From an uncultured delta proteobacterium (GTDB lineage: Bacteria; Myxococcota; Myxococcia; Myxococcales; Anaeromyxobacteraceae), in assembly GCA_963814585.1 (NCBI GenBank), contig CAWFDF010000014.1, positions 352,001 to 416,000 on the forward strand: a stretch of DNA of 64,000 bases. The letters run 5' to 3'. The notes under the pieces are model-generated. The model had not been told where the DNA came from and searched no databases. It worked only from the letters and a program-made list of their open reading frames with translations. Made by a program: the position numbers and the translations under genes. This document shows, piece by piece, positions 52,543 to 62,442 of this stretch (the stretch's first letter is position 1; the number at the start of each line of letters is the position of its first letter).

Positions 52543-54934
52543 ATGAGCCACGACCGCACCTTGGCCCAGCTCGGCTGGCCAGAAGATCCTCGCCGCCCTC
52601 GCCGCGCGCTGCCGGCTCCCCGCAGGCCAGCGCCGCGCCCTGGCCCTTCCCTTCCTCCCCGACGCCGCCGCGGCGCGGGAGGCGCTGGGGCGCGTCGACG
52701 AGGCGAGGCGGCTCTCCGAGACCGGCACGGCGCTGCCGTTCGGAGGCCTCGCCGACGTCGATGGCTCGCTCGACCGGGCCGCCCGGGGCGGCGTGCTCGA
52801 GCCGCTGGCGCTGCGAGAGGTGGCGGCGCTGGCCCGCGCCGTGGCCCGGACCCGGGCGGCGCTGCTGGCCCGCGCCGGGGAGGTGCCCGGCCTGGCGGCC
52901 CTGGCGGAGCCGCTGGAGCCGGACGAGCGGCTGGCCGACCGGATCGAGCGGGCCATCGAGCCCTCCGGGACCGTCTCCGATCGGGCCAGCGCGGAGCTGG
53001 CGGCGGCGAGGGAGCGGAGCCGTGGCCTGCACCGGGCGCTCAAGGCGCGGGTCGAAGGCTACCTCTCCGACCCGGAGATGGAGCGCCACCTGCGCGACCG
53101 CTACTTCACCATCCGCAACGAGCGGTACGTGCTGCCGGTGCTGGCCAGCGCCCGCTCGGCGGTGCCGGGGATCGTCCACAACGCCTCGCAGTCCGGCCAG
53201 ACCCTCTTCGTCGAGCCGGACGGGCTGGTCGAGCTGGGCAACGAGCTGGCCATCGCCAGCGCCACCGCCCTCGAGGAGGAGGCCCGCATCCTGCGCGAGC
53301 TCTCCGGCGCGGTGACGGGGCGGGCCCCGGCGCTCGCCCGCGGCCTGGCCGTGCTGGCGGAGCTGGACGCGCTGGAGGGGGCGGCGCGGCTCGCCTCCGA
53401 TCTCGACGCCCACGCCCCGGAGCTCGGCGCCGAGCGCGACGGCTTCGAGCTGCGCTCGCTGCGCCACCCGCTCCTCTCGCTGCAGGGGAAGAAGGTGGTG
53501 GCCAGCCACGTCGGCCTGGCCCCGCCGGCCCGGGCCCTCATCGTCTCGGGGCCGAACGGCGGCGGCAAGACGGTGGCCATCAGCGCGGTCGGGCTCTCGG
53601 CGCTGATGCTGCGTGCCGGCCTGCCGGTGGCGGCCGCCGCGGGCTCGCGGCTGCCCTTCTTCCTCGAGGTCAAGGCCGCCATCGACGAGCGGGGCGACCT
53701 CCACCAGGACCTCTCCACCTTCACCGCCCACCTCACCGCGGTGAAGGAGATGCTGGCCGGGGCCATCCCCGGGTCGCTGGTGCTGGTCGACGAGATCGCC
53801 GCCGACACCGACCCGCGCGAGGGCGCGGCGCTGGCGGCCGCCATCCTGGAGGCGCTGGTGGCACGCGGCGCGACCGTACTGGTCACCACCCACCTCGACG
53901 AGCTGAAGGCGCTGGCGCTCACCGACGCCACCTACGCCAACGCCCGCGTCGGCTTCGACGCCGAGCGGCTGGCCCCCACCTACCAGCTCCACCTCGGCTC
54001 GCCCGGCAGCTCCTCGGCCATCGAGGTGGCGGCGCGGGTGGGATTGCCCGCGGCGGTGGTGGAGCGGGCCCGGGCGGCGCGCACCGGCCACGGGGGCGCG
54101 CTGGGTGAGGCGCTGGCGGCGCTCGACGCCGAGCGGGGCCGGCTGGGATCGGCCCGCGCGGCGGCGGAGCAGGCGGCCGCGGCGGCGCGCCAGGCCGAGG
54201 CGGCGGCCCGGGCACGCGAGGAGGAGGCGCACCGGGCCGAGCGGGCGGCGGCGGCCCGGGTGGGCGAGGCCATCGCCGACGAGCTGGACGCGGCCCGCGG
54301 GGAGGTGGCGGCGCTGCTGGCCGCGCTGCAGGCCCAGCCCTCGGTCAGGAAGGCCAGCCAGGCGGCGGCGCAGCTGGAGGCCTGGAGGCAGCAGGTGGCC
54401 GGGGCCTCGAAGCGCGCCCTGGCGCAGGCCGAGACCGCCGCCGAGGCGCTCCCCGGAGGCGAGGTCCGTCCCGGGATCCGGGTCCGGATCGCCTCGCTGG
54501 GCCAGGAGGGCGAGGTGCTCTCGGTCGACGGCACGCAGGCGCTGGTGCAGGCGGGGCCCTTGAAGGTGCGCCGCCCGCTCGCCGATCTCGTCGCGCTCAC
54601 CGGGGCCGCCCGGCAGGCCAGGCTCGGCACCAGCGCCGCCGAGAGGCTGGCGCGCGCCGAGGAGGCACGCCCCGAGGCCGTCCGGAGCCTGGAACGCCGG
54701 CTCGACGTGCGCGGCCTGCGGGTGGAAGAGCTGCAGCGCGAAATGGAGCGGTTCCTCGATCGGCTCTACGCCGAGGGAGAACCCCAGTGCGTCATCCTCC
54801 ACGGCCACGGGACCGGCGCCCTCAAGCAGGCGCTGAGAGAGGCGCTCACCTCCTCGCCGTATGTGGCAGAACACCGCAGGGGCGACCAGCACGAAGGGGG
54901 CGACGCGGTCACGGTCGTGACGCTCGCCCGGTAG
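52543..54934 (+). CDS. mutS2: Endonuclease MutS2 with Smr domain; +1 frameshift at ~52581
   Basis: MSHDRTLAQLGWP continues in the next frame as KILAALAARC; SGQTLFVEP, SGPNGGGKT, LSTFTAH, DEIAADTDPREG, LDVRG, ILHGHGTGAL. Confidence 0.93.
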
Positions 54935-54977
54935 TCCGCCCCCTCCACCCACCCCGGAGAAGGCGGCCTGTCCCTCT

Positions 54978-55201
54978 GGACTACTCTGGGACCCGTGTCC
55001 GGCCTGACCTCTCGAACTACTCTGCTCTCGAACTACTCTGGGTCGGTAGGCTGTAGGCTGTAGGTACTCGAAACACTCTGGGTCTGGCAGGCGGGGACTG
55101 GTCAACGCGAATTACTCTGGGCGCGAACTACTCTGGGTCTGGTAGGCGCGAACTACTCTGGGTCTGGCAGGCGGGTAGGCAGGTAGGCAGAACTACTGTG
55201 G
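54978..55201 (+). repeat. Disordered array of about 8 direct copies of CGCGAACTACTCTGGGTCTGG(C/T)AGG plus GTAGG fragments
   Basis: Copies at 54978, 55013, 55029, 55069, 55106, 55122, 55147 and 55190, interspersed with ctgtagg x2 and cgggtagg/caggtagg. Confidence 0.92.
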
Positions 55202-55425
55202 AATTGGCATATGATGGGACCGGTAAGAGGGGACTGGAATGCGGACTGGCATGCGGGGGACGCGCCGGACGGCCCTCGCCGCACCGCGCAATGATTGCCG
55301 CGTCGCGTCGTCAGAATTGCGCGGCCTCAATTGAGTCGTGTGCTACCTTGCCTCCCCCCCCCATCCCGGGGTCCGTATCCGCATTCACCCCGGGACAACC
55401 TGCTCCAAGTTTCCGGAGGAAGTGA

Positions 55426-56778
55426 ATGACCGCATCGAAGACGCTCCTGGCCGGCCTGCTGGCCCTGTCGCTCCCGCTCGCCGCCATCGCCCAGACCGCC
55501 CCCGCAGCAGCCGCCGCGCCCGCCCCGGCTGCGGCCCCGGCCGCTGCCCCCGCAGCCGCTCCGGCCGCCGACGGCGTGAAGTTCACGCCGTACGGCTTCC
55601 TCCTGGCCAACGCCTTCTTCACCGGCAACTCGCTCACCGACCAGGACTACCCGGGCTCGGCCGTGGCCGCGGCCAAGGGCGGCTCGATCCTCTTCAGCGC
55701 CCGCCAGTCGCGCCTCGGCTTCAGGCTCGCCGGCAAGGAGGACCTGACGGGGTCCGACCTGACCGGCGTGGTCGAGTTCGACTTCAGCGCCGGGCACGCT
55801 CCCGGGAACCCGACCTGCACCTACAACCCGGGCCCTCCCGTCTCGATCACCTGCACCCAGGGGGCCGCGGCCTCCACCGGCTGGTACAACGCCCTGGTCC
55901 GGCTCCGGGTGGCCTCGATGACCGCCAGCTGGAAGACCGGCGCCGGCAACTTCTCGGTCCTGGCCGGCCAGGACGTCGGCATCGTCAACACCCTCTTCGC
56001 CGAGAGCATCGCCTGGGTGGCCAAGCCGCTCTTCTGGCAGTCCGGCAACCTCTGGCGCCGCTCGCCGCAGTTCCGGGTGTCCTACGCCAACACCTTCGGT
56101 GACTTCGGCGTGAGCGCGGCCGTGGCCGTGCTCTCGCCGGCCACCACCCAGGTCGGCACCTCGGTCCCGGCCACCGCCCCCAACCCGGACTTCGGCGCCG
56201 GCAACCAGTCGCGCATGCCCAACGTCGAGGCCCGCCTGGCCGGCACCGCCAAGTTCGGCGACGGCCTCACGGCCGCGGTCGGCCTCGGCTACCACCAGAA
56301 CACCCGCCGCCTCGCCTACGGCACCGTCAACCAGCAGGACGTGGACGGCAACCTGTTCGGCGTCGACGTCGACCTCGGCCTGACCAAGTACCTCCAGGTG
56401 AAGGGCGAGTACTACACGGGCAAGGGCTCGGACGACACCTACAACGCCATCGGCGCCTCCACCTACGGCGCCGCCGGCGCCGTCGAGCCGCTCGAGTCGT
56501 CGGGCTACTGGGCCCAGGCGATCATCAAGCCGCTCCCCTGGGTCTGGGTCACCGCGGGGCTCGGCCACGCCGAGGCCGACAAGACCAACTCGGCGGCCAG
56601 CGCCCGCATCGGCAACGACCAGCTGGCCGGCGGCGTGATCATCAACGCCGGCAAGGCCTGGCGCTTCGGCATCGAGTACGCCCAGGTGGAGTCCGAGTAC
56701 CGCGGCGCCACCGCCGCCGCGGCGACCACCAAGCAGGACGCCACCCAGATCGGCGTCTCGTCGATGTTGAGGTTCTAG
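55426..56778 (+). CDS. Outer-membrane beta-barrel porin (DcaP-like)
   Basis: Signal peptide plus Ala/Pro linker, FTPYGF, SARQSRLGF, GVVEFDF, amphipathic strands, terminal Phe. Confidence 0.75.
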   Translation: MTASKTLLAGLLALSLPLAAIAQTAPAAAAAPAPAAAPAAAPAAAPAADGVKFTPYGFLLANAFFTGNSLTDQDYPGSAVAAAKGGSILFSARQSRLGFRLAGKEDLTGSDLTGVVEFDFSAGHAPGNPTCTYNPGPPVSITCTQGAAASTGWYNALVRLRVASMTASWKTGAGNFSVLAGQDVGIVNTLFAESIAWVAKPLFWQSGNLWRRSPQFRVSYANTFGDFGVSAAVAVLSPATTQVGTSVPATAPNPDFGAGNQSRMPNVEARLAGTAKFGDGLTAAVGLGYHQNTRRLAYGTVNQQDVDGNLFGVDVDLGLTKYLQVKGEYYTGKGSDDTYNAIGASTYGAAGAVEPLESSGYWAQAIIKPLPWVWVTAGLGHAEADKTNSAASARIGNDQLAGGVIINAGKAWRFGIEYAQVESEYRGATAAAATTKQDATQIGVSSMLRF

Positions 56779-56795
56779 TCCCGGGCTTCCAGCGC

Positions 56796-56828
56796 GGGGC
56801 GCCCGTGACCTTCGGGTGCGGGCGCCCC
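56796..56828 (+). terminator. GC-rich stem-loop after the porin gene (terminator or mRNA stabiliser)
   Basis: GGGGCGCCCGTGACC-TTCG-GGTGCGGGCGCCCC; weak U tract. Confidence 0.6.
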
Positions 56829-56881
56829 TCGTCGTTCTTATGCTGACCTCGTTGCCTCCACCGACTCGAAGGAGCCCCCGC

Positions 56882-58042
56882 ATGCGCCTCGCCTCCCGTT
56901 TCCTCTCCGTCACCGCCGCCGCCGCCCTCGCCCTGCCCGGCCTGGCCGGCGCCGCGCCCGTCAAGATCGGCTTCATCAACACCATCACCGGCCCGCAGGC
57001 CCCCATCGGCGAGAACCTCACCAACGGCATGGAGCTGGCGGTCGAGGACCTGAAGAAGAAGGGCTTCGACATCCAGGTGATCAAGCAGGACGACACCGGC
57101 AAGCCCGACAAGGCCATCAGCGCCATCGAGCAGCTGGCCACCGGTGACGAGGTCTCGGTGGTGGTCGGCCCGTACACCTCGGCGTGCGCCGCCGCCGTGG
57201 CCAAGCAGGCCGAGCAGTACCAGGTCTCGCAGGTCATCCCGGCCGCCTCCAAGGAGGACATCACCCGGCAGGGCTACAAGTGGGTCTACCGGCTCAACGC
57301 CCCCGGCCACGTCTACGCCAAGTCGCTGATCGACGCGGCCCTCTCCTTCGGCAAGCCCAAGACGGTGGCCTTCATCTACGAGTCGACCGACTTCGGCTCC
57401 TCGCTCTCCAAGGTGGGCAAGGAGTACGCCACCAGCAAGGGGCTCAAGGTGGTGGCCGACGAGGGCTACCAGGCCGGCTCGCCCGACTACCGCTCCACGC
57501 TCTCCAAGGTGAAGGGGCAGAACCCCGACCTGGTCTTCATGGTCTCCTACGTGGCCGACGCCATCCTGCTGATGCGGCAGTCGCGCGAGCTCGGCCTCAA
57601 GCCGCAGGCCTTCCTCGGCGGCGGCGCCGGCTTCGACACCGCCCAGTTCGAGAAGGAGGCCGAGATCTCCACCAACGTCTTCTCGGTGACGCAGTGGACC
57701 CCCGACTCCAGCAAGGCCTCGGAGGAGTTCGCGGCCCGCTACCAGGCCAGGTACAACAAGCGCCCGACCTACCACGCCGCCTGCGCCTACGTGGCCATGC
57801 AGGTGGCCGGCGAGGCGGCCGTGAAGTCGGGCGGCGACCGCGTCAAGACCCGCCAGGCGCTGGCCGACGGCACCTGGAGCACCATCATGGGCACGGTCGA
57901 CTTCAAGGACTGGGAGGGCTTCAACAACCAGAACGTGGTGGTGATGCCGGTGACCCAGTACCAGGGCGGCAAGTCGCTGACCGTCTTCCCGGCCAACCTG
58001 GCCAAGGCCAAGGCCGTCTACCCGTTCCCGGGCTGGAAGTAG
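56882..58042 (+). CDS. Liv-type ABC substrate-binding protein
   Basis: Signal peptide, VKIGFINTITGPQA, DDTGKP, VGPYTS, DYRSTL. Confidence 0.92.
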   Translation: MRLASRFLSVTAAAALALPGLAGAAPVKIGFINTITGPQAPIGENLTNGMELAVEDLKKKGFDIQVIKQDDTGKPDKAISAIEQLATGDEVSVVVGPYTSACAAAVAKQAEQYQVSQVIPAASKEDITRQGYKWVYRLNAPGHVYAKSLIDAALSFGKPKTVAFIYESTDFGSSLSKVGKEYATSKGLKVVADEGYQAGSPDYRSTLSKVKGQNPDLVFMVSYVADAILLMRQSRELGLKPQAFLGGGAGFDTAQFEKEAEISTNVFSVTQWTPDSSKASEEFAARYQARYNKRPTYHAACAYVAMQVAGEAAVKSGGDRVKTRQALADGTWSTIMGTVDFKDWEGFNNQNVVVMPVTQYQGGKSLTVFPANLAKAKAVYPFPGWK

Positions 58043-58068
58043 CGCCGGCGCCGGATCCCGTGCTCACC

Positions 58069-58092
58069 GGGGGCGGCCGCCAGGCCGCCCCC
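58069..58092 (+). terminator. Stem-loop after the SBP gene
   Basis: GGGGGCGGCC-GCCA-GGCCGCCCCC. Confidence 0.55.
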
Positions 58093-58130
58093 ACCTTCCC
58101 CGGCCCGCGACGCGCGCGGACGAGGCCTCG

Positions 58131-58997
58131 ATGACCGTCTTCCTGCAGTCCCTGCTGTCCGGCATCCTGGTGGGAGGGGTCTACGCCCTCATCGGCATCG
58201 GCCTGACCATCATCTTCGGCGTGATGCGGGTCATCAACTTCGCCCACGGCGACCTGCTCATGCTCGGGATGTACGTCACCTGGGGGGTCTTCACGCTCTT
58301 CGACCTCGACCCCTACCTGTCCCTGGTCGTCACCGCGCCCGTGCTGTTCCTCTGGGGCGCCATGCTGCAGAAGATCTTCATCAACCGCGTGCTCAACGCG
58401 CTGCCGCAGAACCAGATCCTGCTCACCATCGGCCTGGGGCTGGTGATGAGCAACGCGGTGATGCTGGGCTTCACCTCCGACTACCGCATCCTCACCACCT
58501 CGTACTCCTCCTCGTCGATCAAGCTCCTCGGCCTCTCGATCTCGCAGCCGCTGCTCTATTCGTTCCTGGTGACGGTGGCCATCACCGCCGTGCTGTTCTG
58601 GTTCCTCCAGACCACCGACACCGGGCAGGCCATCCGCGCCACCGCCCAGGACCGCGACGCCGCCCAGCTCATGGGCATCAACGTCAAGCGGATGTCGGTG
58701 CTGGCCTTCGGCCTGGGCACGGCGCTGGCCGGCATCGCCGGCGCCCTGCTGGCGCCCACCTACTACATCTTCCCCCAGGTGGGCGGCCCCTTCACCCTCA
58801 AGGCCTTCGTGGTGGTGGTGCTGGGCGGCATGGGAAGCATCGTCGGCGCCACCCTGGGGGGCATCCTCATCGGCGTCACCGAGTCGCTCTCGGCCGTCTA
58901 CGTGGCCAGCGGCCTGAAGGAGCTGGTGGTCTACGTCCTCTTCCTCCTCATCCTGCTCTTCCGCCCCTCCGGCCTGCTCGGCAAGTCGAGGACCTGA
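58131..58997 (+). CDS. Liv-type ABC permease (LivH-like)
   Basis: [33 protein letters not shown]. Confidence 0.92.
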   Translation: MTVFLQSLLSGILVGGVYALIGIGLTIIFGVMRVINFAHGDLLMLGMYVTWGVFTLFDLDPYLSLVVTAPVLFLWGAMLQKIFINRVLNALPQNQILLTIGLGLVMSNAVMLGFTSDYRILTTSYSSSSIKLLGLSISQPLLYSFLVTVAITAVLFWFLQTTDTGQAIRATAQDRDAAQLMGINVKRMSVLAFGLGTALAGIAGALLAPTYYIFPQVGGPFTLKAFVVVVLGGMGSIVGATLGGILIGVTESLSAVYVASGLKELVVYVLFLLILLFRPSGLLGKSRT

Positions 58998-60109
58998 TGC
59001 GCGCGCTCCTCTCCTCGCTGCGCGCCCCGCGCGGCTACTCGACCCCGGCCTTCCTGGCCTACCTGGCGGTGATCCTGCTGGTGGCCCTGGTCCCGCAGTT
59101 CTCCCGCAAGCCGCTCATCCTCCACATGTGGATCATGGTCTTCCTGGCGGTGGCCCAGGGCTCGGCCTGGAACGTGGTGGGCGGGTACGCCGGCCAGTAC
59201 TCGGTGGGCCACGCCGCCTACTTCGGCGTGGGCGCCTACATCACCATGCTGCTGCTGGAGCTCTACCAGGTGGCGCCCTGGTACGGCATCGCCGTGGCCG
59301 TGGCCGGCTCGGTGGTGCTCTCGGTGATCATCGGCAGCATCACCTTCCGGCTGCGCGGCCCCTACTTCGTGCTGGCCTCGATCTCCATGGCCGAGATCAT
59401 CCGGCTGGCGGCGCTCCACTTCAAGGACGTCACCCGCGGCGCCGAGGGGATCCTGCTCAGCAGCATCCCGCCGCTCGAGACCCCGTGGTTCACGGTGAAG
59501 TTCCTCGGCAAGGTCCCGTTCTTCTACGCCTCGCTGGGGCTGGCGGTGATCATCATCTCGGTGAACTGGTTCGTCCAGCACACCAAGCTCGGCTACACCT
59601 TCCAGGCCATCCGCGAGGATCAGGACGCCGCCCACAGCCTCGGCATCAACCCCACCCTGCACAAGAACCTGGCGCTGATGATCTCGGCCGCCTTCACCGC
59701 CAGCGCCGGCGGCGTCTTCGCCCTCTACGTCCGCTTCATCGATCCCAACATCGCCTTCGGCATCGACGTCTCGGTGCAGATGGTGCTGATCTGCATCATC
59801 GGCGGCATCGGCACCATCCTCGGGCCGGTGGTCGGCTCGGTGGTGCTGGTGCTCCTCTCCGAGACGCTCCGCAACCCCAAGTGGCTGGTGCAGGCCGGCC
59901 TGCTGGGCTCCGAGTCGCCCACCGTGGCCTTCATCGAGGCCCGCCTCTCCAACGCCCACGTGCTCTTCTACGGCGTGCTGGTGGTGGTGGTGGTCCTCTT
60001 CGCCCCCGACGGCTTCCTCGGCCTGCTCCGCGACGCCACCGCCCGGGTGAAGAAGCGGCTGGCCGCCGGGCGCGCTCCCCCCAGCCAGCCCGCGGAGGCG
60101 GCCAAGTAG
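58997..60109 (+). CDS. Liv-type ABC permease (LivM-like)
   Basis: [31 protein letters not shown]. Confidence 0.92.
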   Translation: MRALLSSLRAPRGYSTPAFLAYLAVILLVALVPQFSRKPLILHMWIMVFLAVAQGSAWNVVGGYAGQYSVGHAAYFGVGAYITMLLLELYQVAPWYGIAVAVAGSVVLSVIIGSITFRLRGPYFVLASISMAEIIRLAALHFKDVTRGAEGILLSSIPPLETPWFTVKFLGKVPFFYASLGLAVIIISVNWFVQHTKLGYTFQAIREDQDAAHSLGINPTLHKNLALMISAAFTASAGGVFALYVRFIDPNIAFGIDVSVQMVLICIIGGIGTILGPVVGSVVLVLLSETLRNPKWLVQAGLLGSESPTVAFIEARLSNAHVLFYGVLVVVVVLFAPDGFLGLLRDATARVKKRLAAGRAPPSQPAEAAK

Positions 60110-60122
60110 CCGGACACCACCC

Positions 60123-60848
60123 ATGCCCGCCATCCTCGAGATCAAGAACGTCTCCAAGCACTTCGGCGGTCTCGCCGCCAACTCCGACGTCAGCTTCGAC
60201 GTCGCCCACGGCGAGATCGTCGGCCTGATCGGCCCCAACGGCGCCGGCAAGACCACCCTCTTCAACTGCATCACCGGCTATTACCCGCCCACCAAGGGCG
60301 ACGTGATCTTCAAGGGCGCCCGCCTCAACGGCCTGCAGCCCGACAAGGTCTGCCGGCTCGGCATGGTCCGGACCTGGCAGAAGGTCCGGCCGCTCGCCAA
60401 GATGTCGGTGCTCGACAACGTCATGGTGGGGGCGCTGGTCCGCACCCACTCGCTCCGGGTGGCCCGCGAGGTCGCCAGGGAGAAGATCGGCGTGGTCCGC
60501 CTGGAGCACAAGACCGGCTTCCTGGCCGGCGGCCTGCCCATCGGCGAGCGCAAGAAGCTGGAGGTGGCGCGCGCCCTGGCCACCAAGCCCGAGATGCTGC
60601 TGCTCGACGAGGTGATGGGCGGCCTCAACCAGGCCGAGTCGGAGGAGATCATCCTGCTCATCCTCGAGCTGAAGAGGCTCGGGCTCACCCAGGTGGTGAT
60701 CGAGCACGACATGAAGGCCATCATGAGGCTCTCGGATCGGATCGTGGTGCTCAACTCGGGCGAGAAGCTGGCCGAGGGGACCCCCACCGAGGTGGCCACC
60801 AACAAGGACGTGATCACCGCGTACCTCGGAGAGGCCGTCGATGCTTGA
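60123..60848 (+). CDS. Liv-type ABC ATPase (LivG-like)
   Basis: [19 protein letters not shown]. Confidence 0.92.
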   Translation: MPAILEIKNVSKHFGGLAANSDVSFDVAHGEIVGLIGPNGAGKTTLFNCITGYYPPTKGDVIFKGARLNGLQPDKVCRLGMVRTWQKVRPLAKMSVLDNVMVGALVRTHSLRVAREVAREKIGVVRLEHKTGFLAGGLPIGERKKLEVARALATKPEMLLLDEVMGGLNQAESEEIILLILELKRLGLTQVVIEHDMKAIMRLSDRIVVLNSGEKLAEGTPTEVATNKDVITAYLGEAVDA

Positions 60849-61545
60849 GATCAAGCAGCTCACCTACGCCTACGGCGACCTGCAGGTGCTCTGGGGCGTC
60901 GATCTCGAGGTCCGGCAGGGCGAGATCGTCACGGTGGTCGGCGCCAACGGCGCCGGCAAGTCGACCATCCTCCGCAACGTCTCCAGGCTGCTCAGGCCCA
61001 CCGGCGGCTCGATCACCTTCGAGGGGGCCGACCTCGCCAGGCTGCAGCCGCACCAGGTGGTGGCCCAGGGGCTGGTGCAGGTTCCCGAGGCGCGCCGCAT
61101 CTTCCCCGAGCTGACGGTGGTGGAGAACCTGCGGATGGGGTCCTACCTGCCCGCCACCCGTCCCGATCGGGCCCGCAACATGGACCGGGCCTTCTCGCTC
61201 TTTCCCAGGCTGGCCGAGCGGCGCAAGCAGCTGGGCGGCACCATGTCGGGCGGGGAGCAGCAGATGCTGGCCATCGCCCGCGGGCTGATGGCCAATCCCA
61301 AGCTGCTGCTCCTCGACGAGCCCAGCCTGGGGCTGTCTCCGCTCTTCGTGAAGAACATCTTCGACATCATCAAGGAGATCAACAGGCAGGGCACCACCAT
61401 CCTGCTGGTCGAGCAGAACGTCTACCAGTCGCTCAAGATCTCCTCGCGCGCCTACGTGCTGGAGACCGGCCGCGTCGTCCTCACCGGCACCGGCGCCGAG
61501 CTGCTCGGCAACGACCACGTCCGCAAGGCGTTCCTCGGCATCTGA
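60841..61545 (+). CDS. Liv-type ABC ATPase (LivF-like)
   Basis: GANGAGKST, MSGGEQQMLA, DEPSLGL. Confidence 0.92.
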   Translation: MLEIKQLTYAYGDLQVLWGVDLEVRQGEIVTVVGANGAGKSTILRNVSRLLRPTGGSITFEGADLARLQPHQVVAQGLVQVPEARRIFPELTVVENLRMGSYLPATRPDRARNMDRAFSLFPRLAERRKQLGGTMSGGEQQMLAIARGLMANPKLLLLDEPSLGLSPLFVKNIFDIIKEINRQGTTILLVEQNVYQSLKISSRAYVLETGRVVLTGTGAELLGNDHVRKAFLGI

Positions 61546-61572
61546 GCCGGGGCGCCACCGCACCGGCCGGCG

Positions 61573-62316
61573 TCACCAGAGCATGCGCGCCGCGGCGTAG
61601 AGCCCGACGCTGATCGCCACCCAGCGCATGCCGGCCGGCGGGAGCCGCTGGGCGAGGTGCGCGCCGGCCCAGCCCCCCAGCCCTGCCGCCACCGCCATCA
61701 GGGCGGCCTCCGGCAACCGGGCCGCGCCGGCGCCCAGGAAGATCAGCGCCGCCACGCCGTTGATGAGGAACGAGAAGAGCACCTTGAGCCCGTTGGCGTG
61801 CTGCAGGCTGGACTTGAGCAGGATCCCCATCGCCGCCAGCATCAGGATCCCCATGCCGGCGCCGAAGTAGCCGCCGTAGATGGCGACCGCCAGCTGGATG
61901 AACCAGGCCGCCGCCGGATGGTCGCTCCCCGGCACCTTCGCCAGCAGCCGCTTGAGCGGCCCCTGGAACGCCAGCAGCAGGCAGGCGAAGACGATCAGCC
62001 AGGGGACCACCGCCGCGAAGACCTTCTCGGGCAGCCAGAGGACCAGCAGGGATCCCAGCACCCCGCCCACCAGCGACGGCACCGCCAGGGCCACCGCCAT
62101 CTTCCTCTCGTCGGCGAGGTGGCGCCGATAGGCCCAGGCGCCCGAGAGCTGGCCCGGCCAGAGCGCCAGGGTGTTGGTGGCATTGGCGGCCACCGGCCCG
62201 ACGCCGACGGCGAGCAGCGCCGGGAAGGTGAGCAGGGTGCCGCCTCCGGCGATGGCGTTCACGACGCCCGCGCCCGCGGCGGCGGCAGCAAGCAGGACGG
62301 CGTCGGCCAGGTTCAT
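61573..62316 (-). CDS. TSUP (TauE/SafE) family transporter
   Basis: NAIAGGGTLLTFPAL, ANATN, YGGYFGAGMG. Confidence 0.9.
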   Translation of the reverse strand: MNLADAVLLAAAAAGAGVVNAIAGGGTLLTFPALLAVGVGPVAANATNTLALWPGQLSGAWAYRRHLADERKMAVALAVPSLVGGVLGSLLVLWLPEKVFAAVVPWLIVFACLLLAFQGPLKRLLAKVPGSDHPAAAWFIQLAVAIYGGYFGAGMGILMLAAMGILLKSSLQHANGLKVLFSFLINGVAALIFLGAGAARLPEAALMAVAAGLGGWAGAHLAQRLPPAGMRWVAISVGLYAAARMLW

Positions 62317-62328
62317 GCCGAGGCCCTG

Positions 62329-62442
62329 CTGCCTCGACCCCGGCCAGACGCCTGCAGCGAGAGCCGATCCTCTCGCCGTGGCAGGCAGCCTCGCTTCGGT
62401 CTCGGCGCACTCGTCACGTCATCTCGCCTGGGTCGGGGCCCT
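62329..62442 (-). mobile_element. MITE-like element, copy C (internally deleted, ~114 bp)
   Basis: Minus strand reads TAG-GGCCCCGACCCAGGCGAGATGACGTGACGAG...GAGAGGATCGGCTCTCGC, matching both ends of copy A; abuts the rnr stop. Confidence 0.7.

Noticed and set aside
54978..55201. CRISPR array
   Set aside because: No constant-length unique spacers, many truncated units, and no cas genes in the window.
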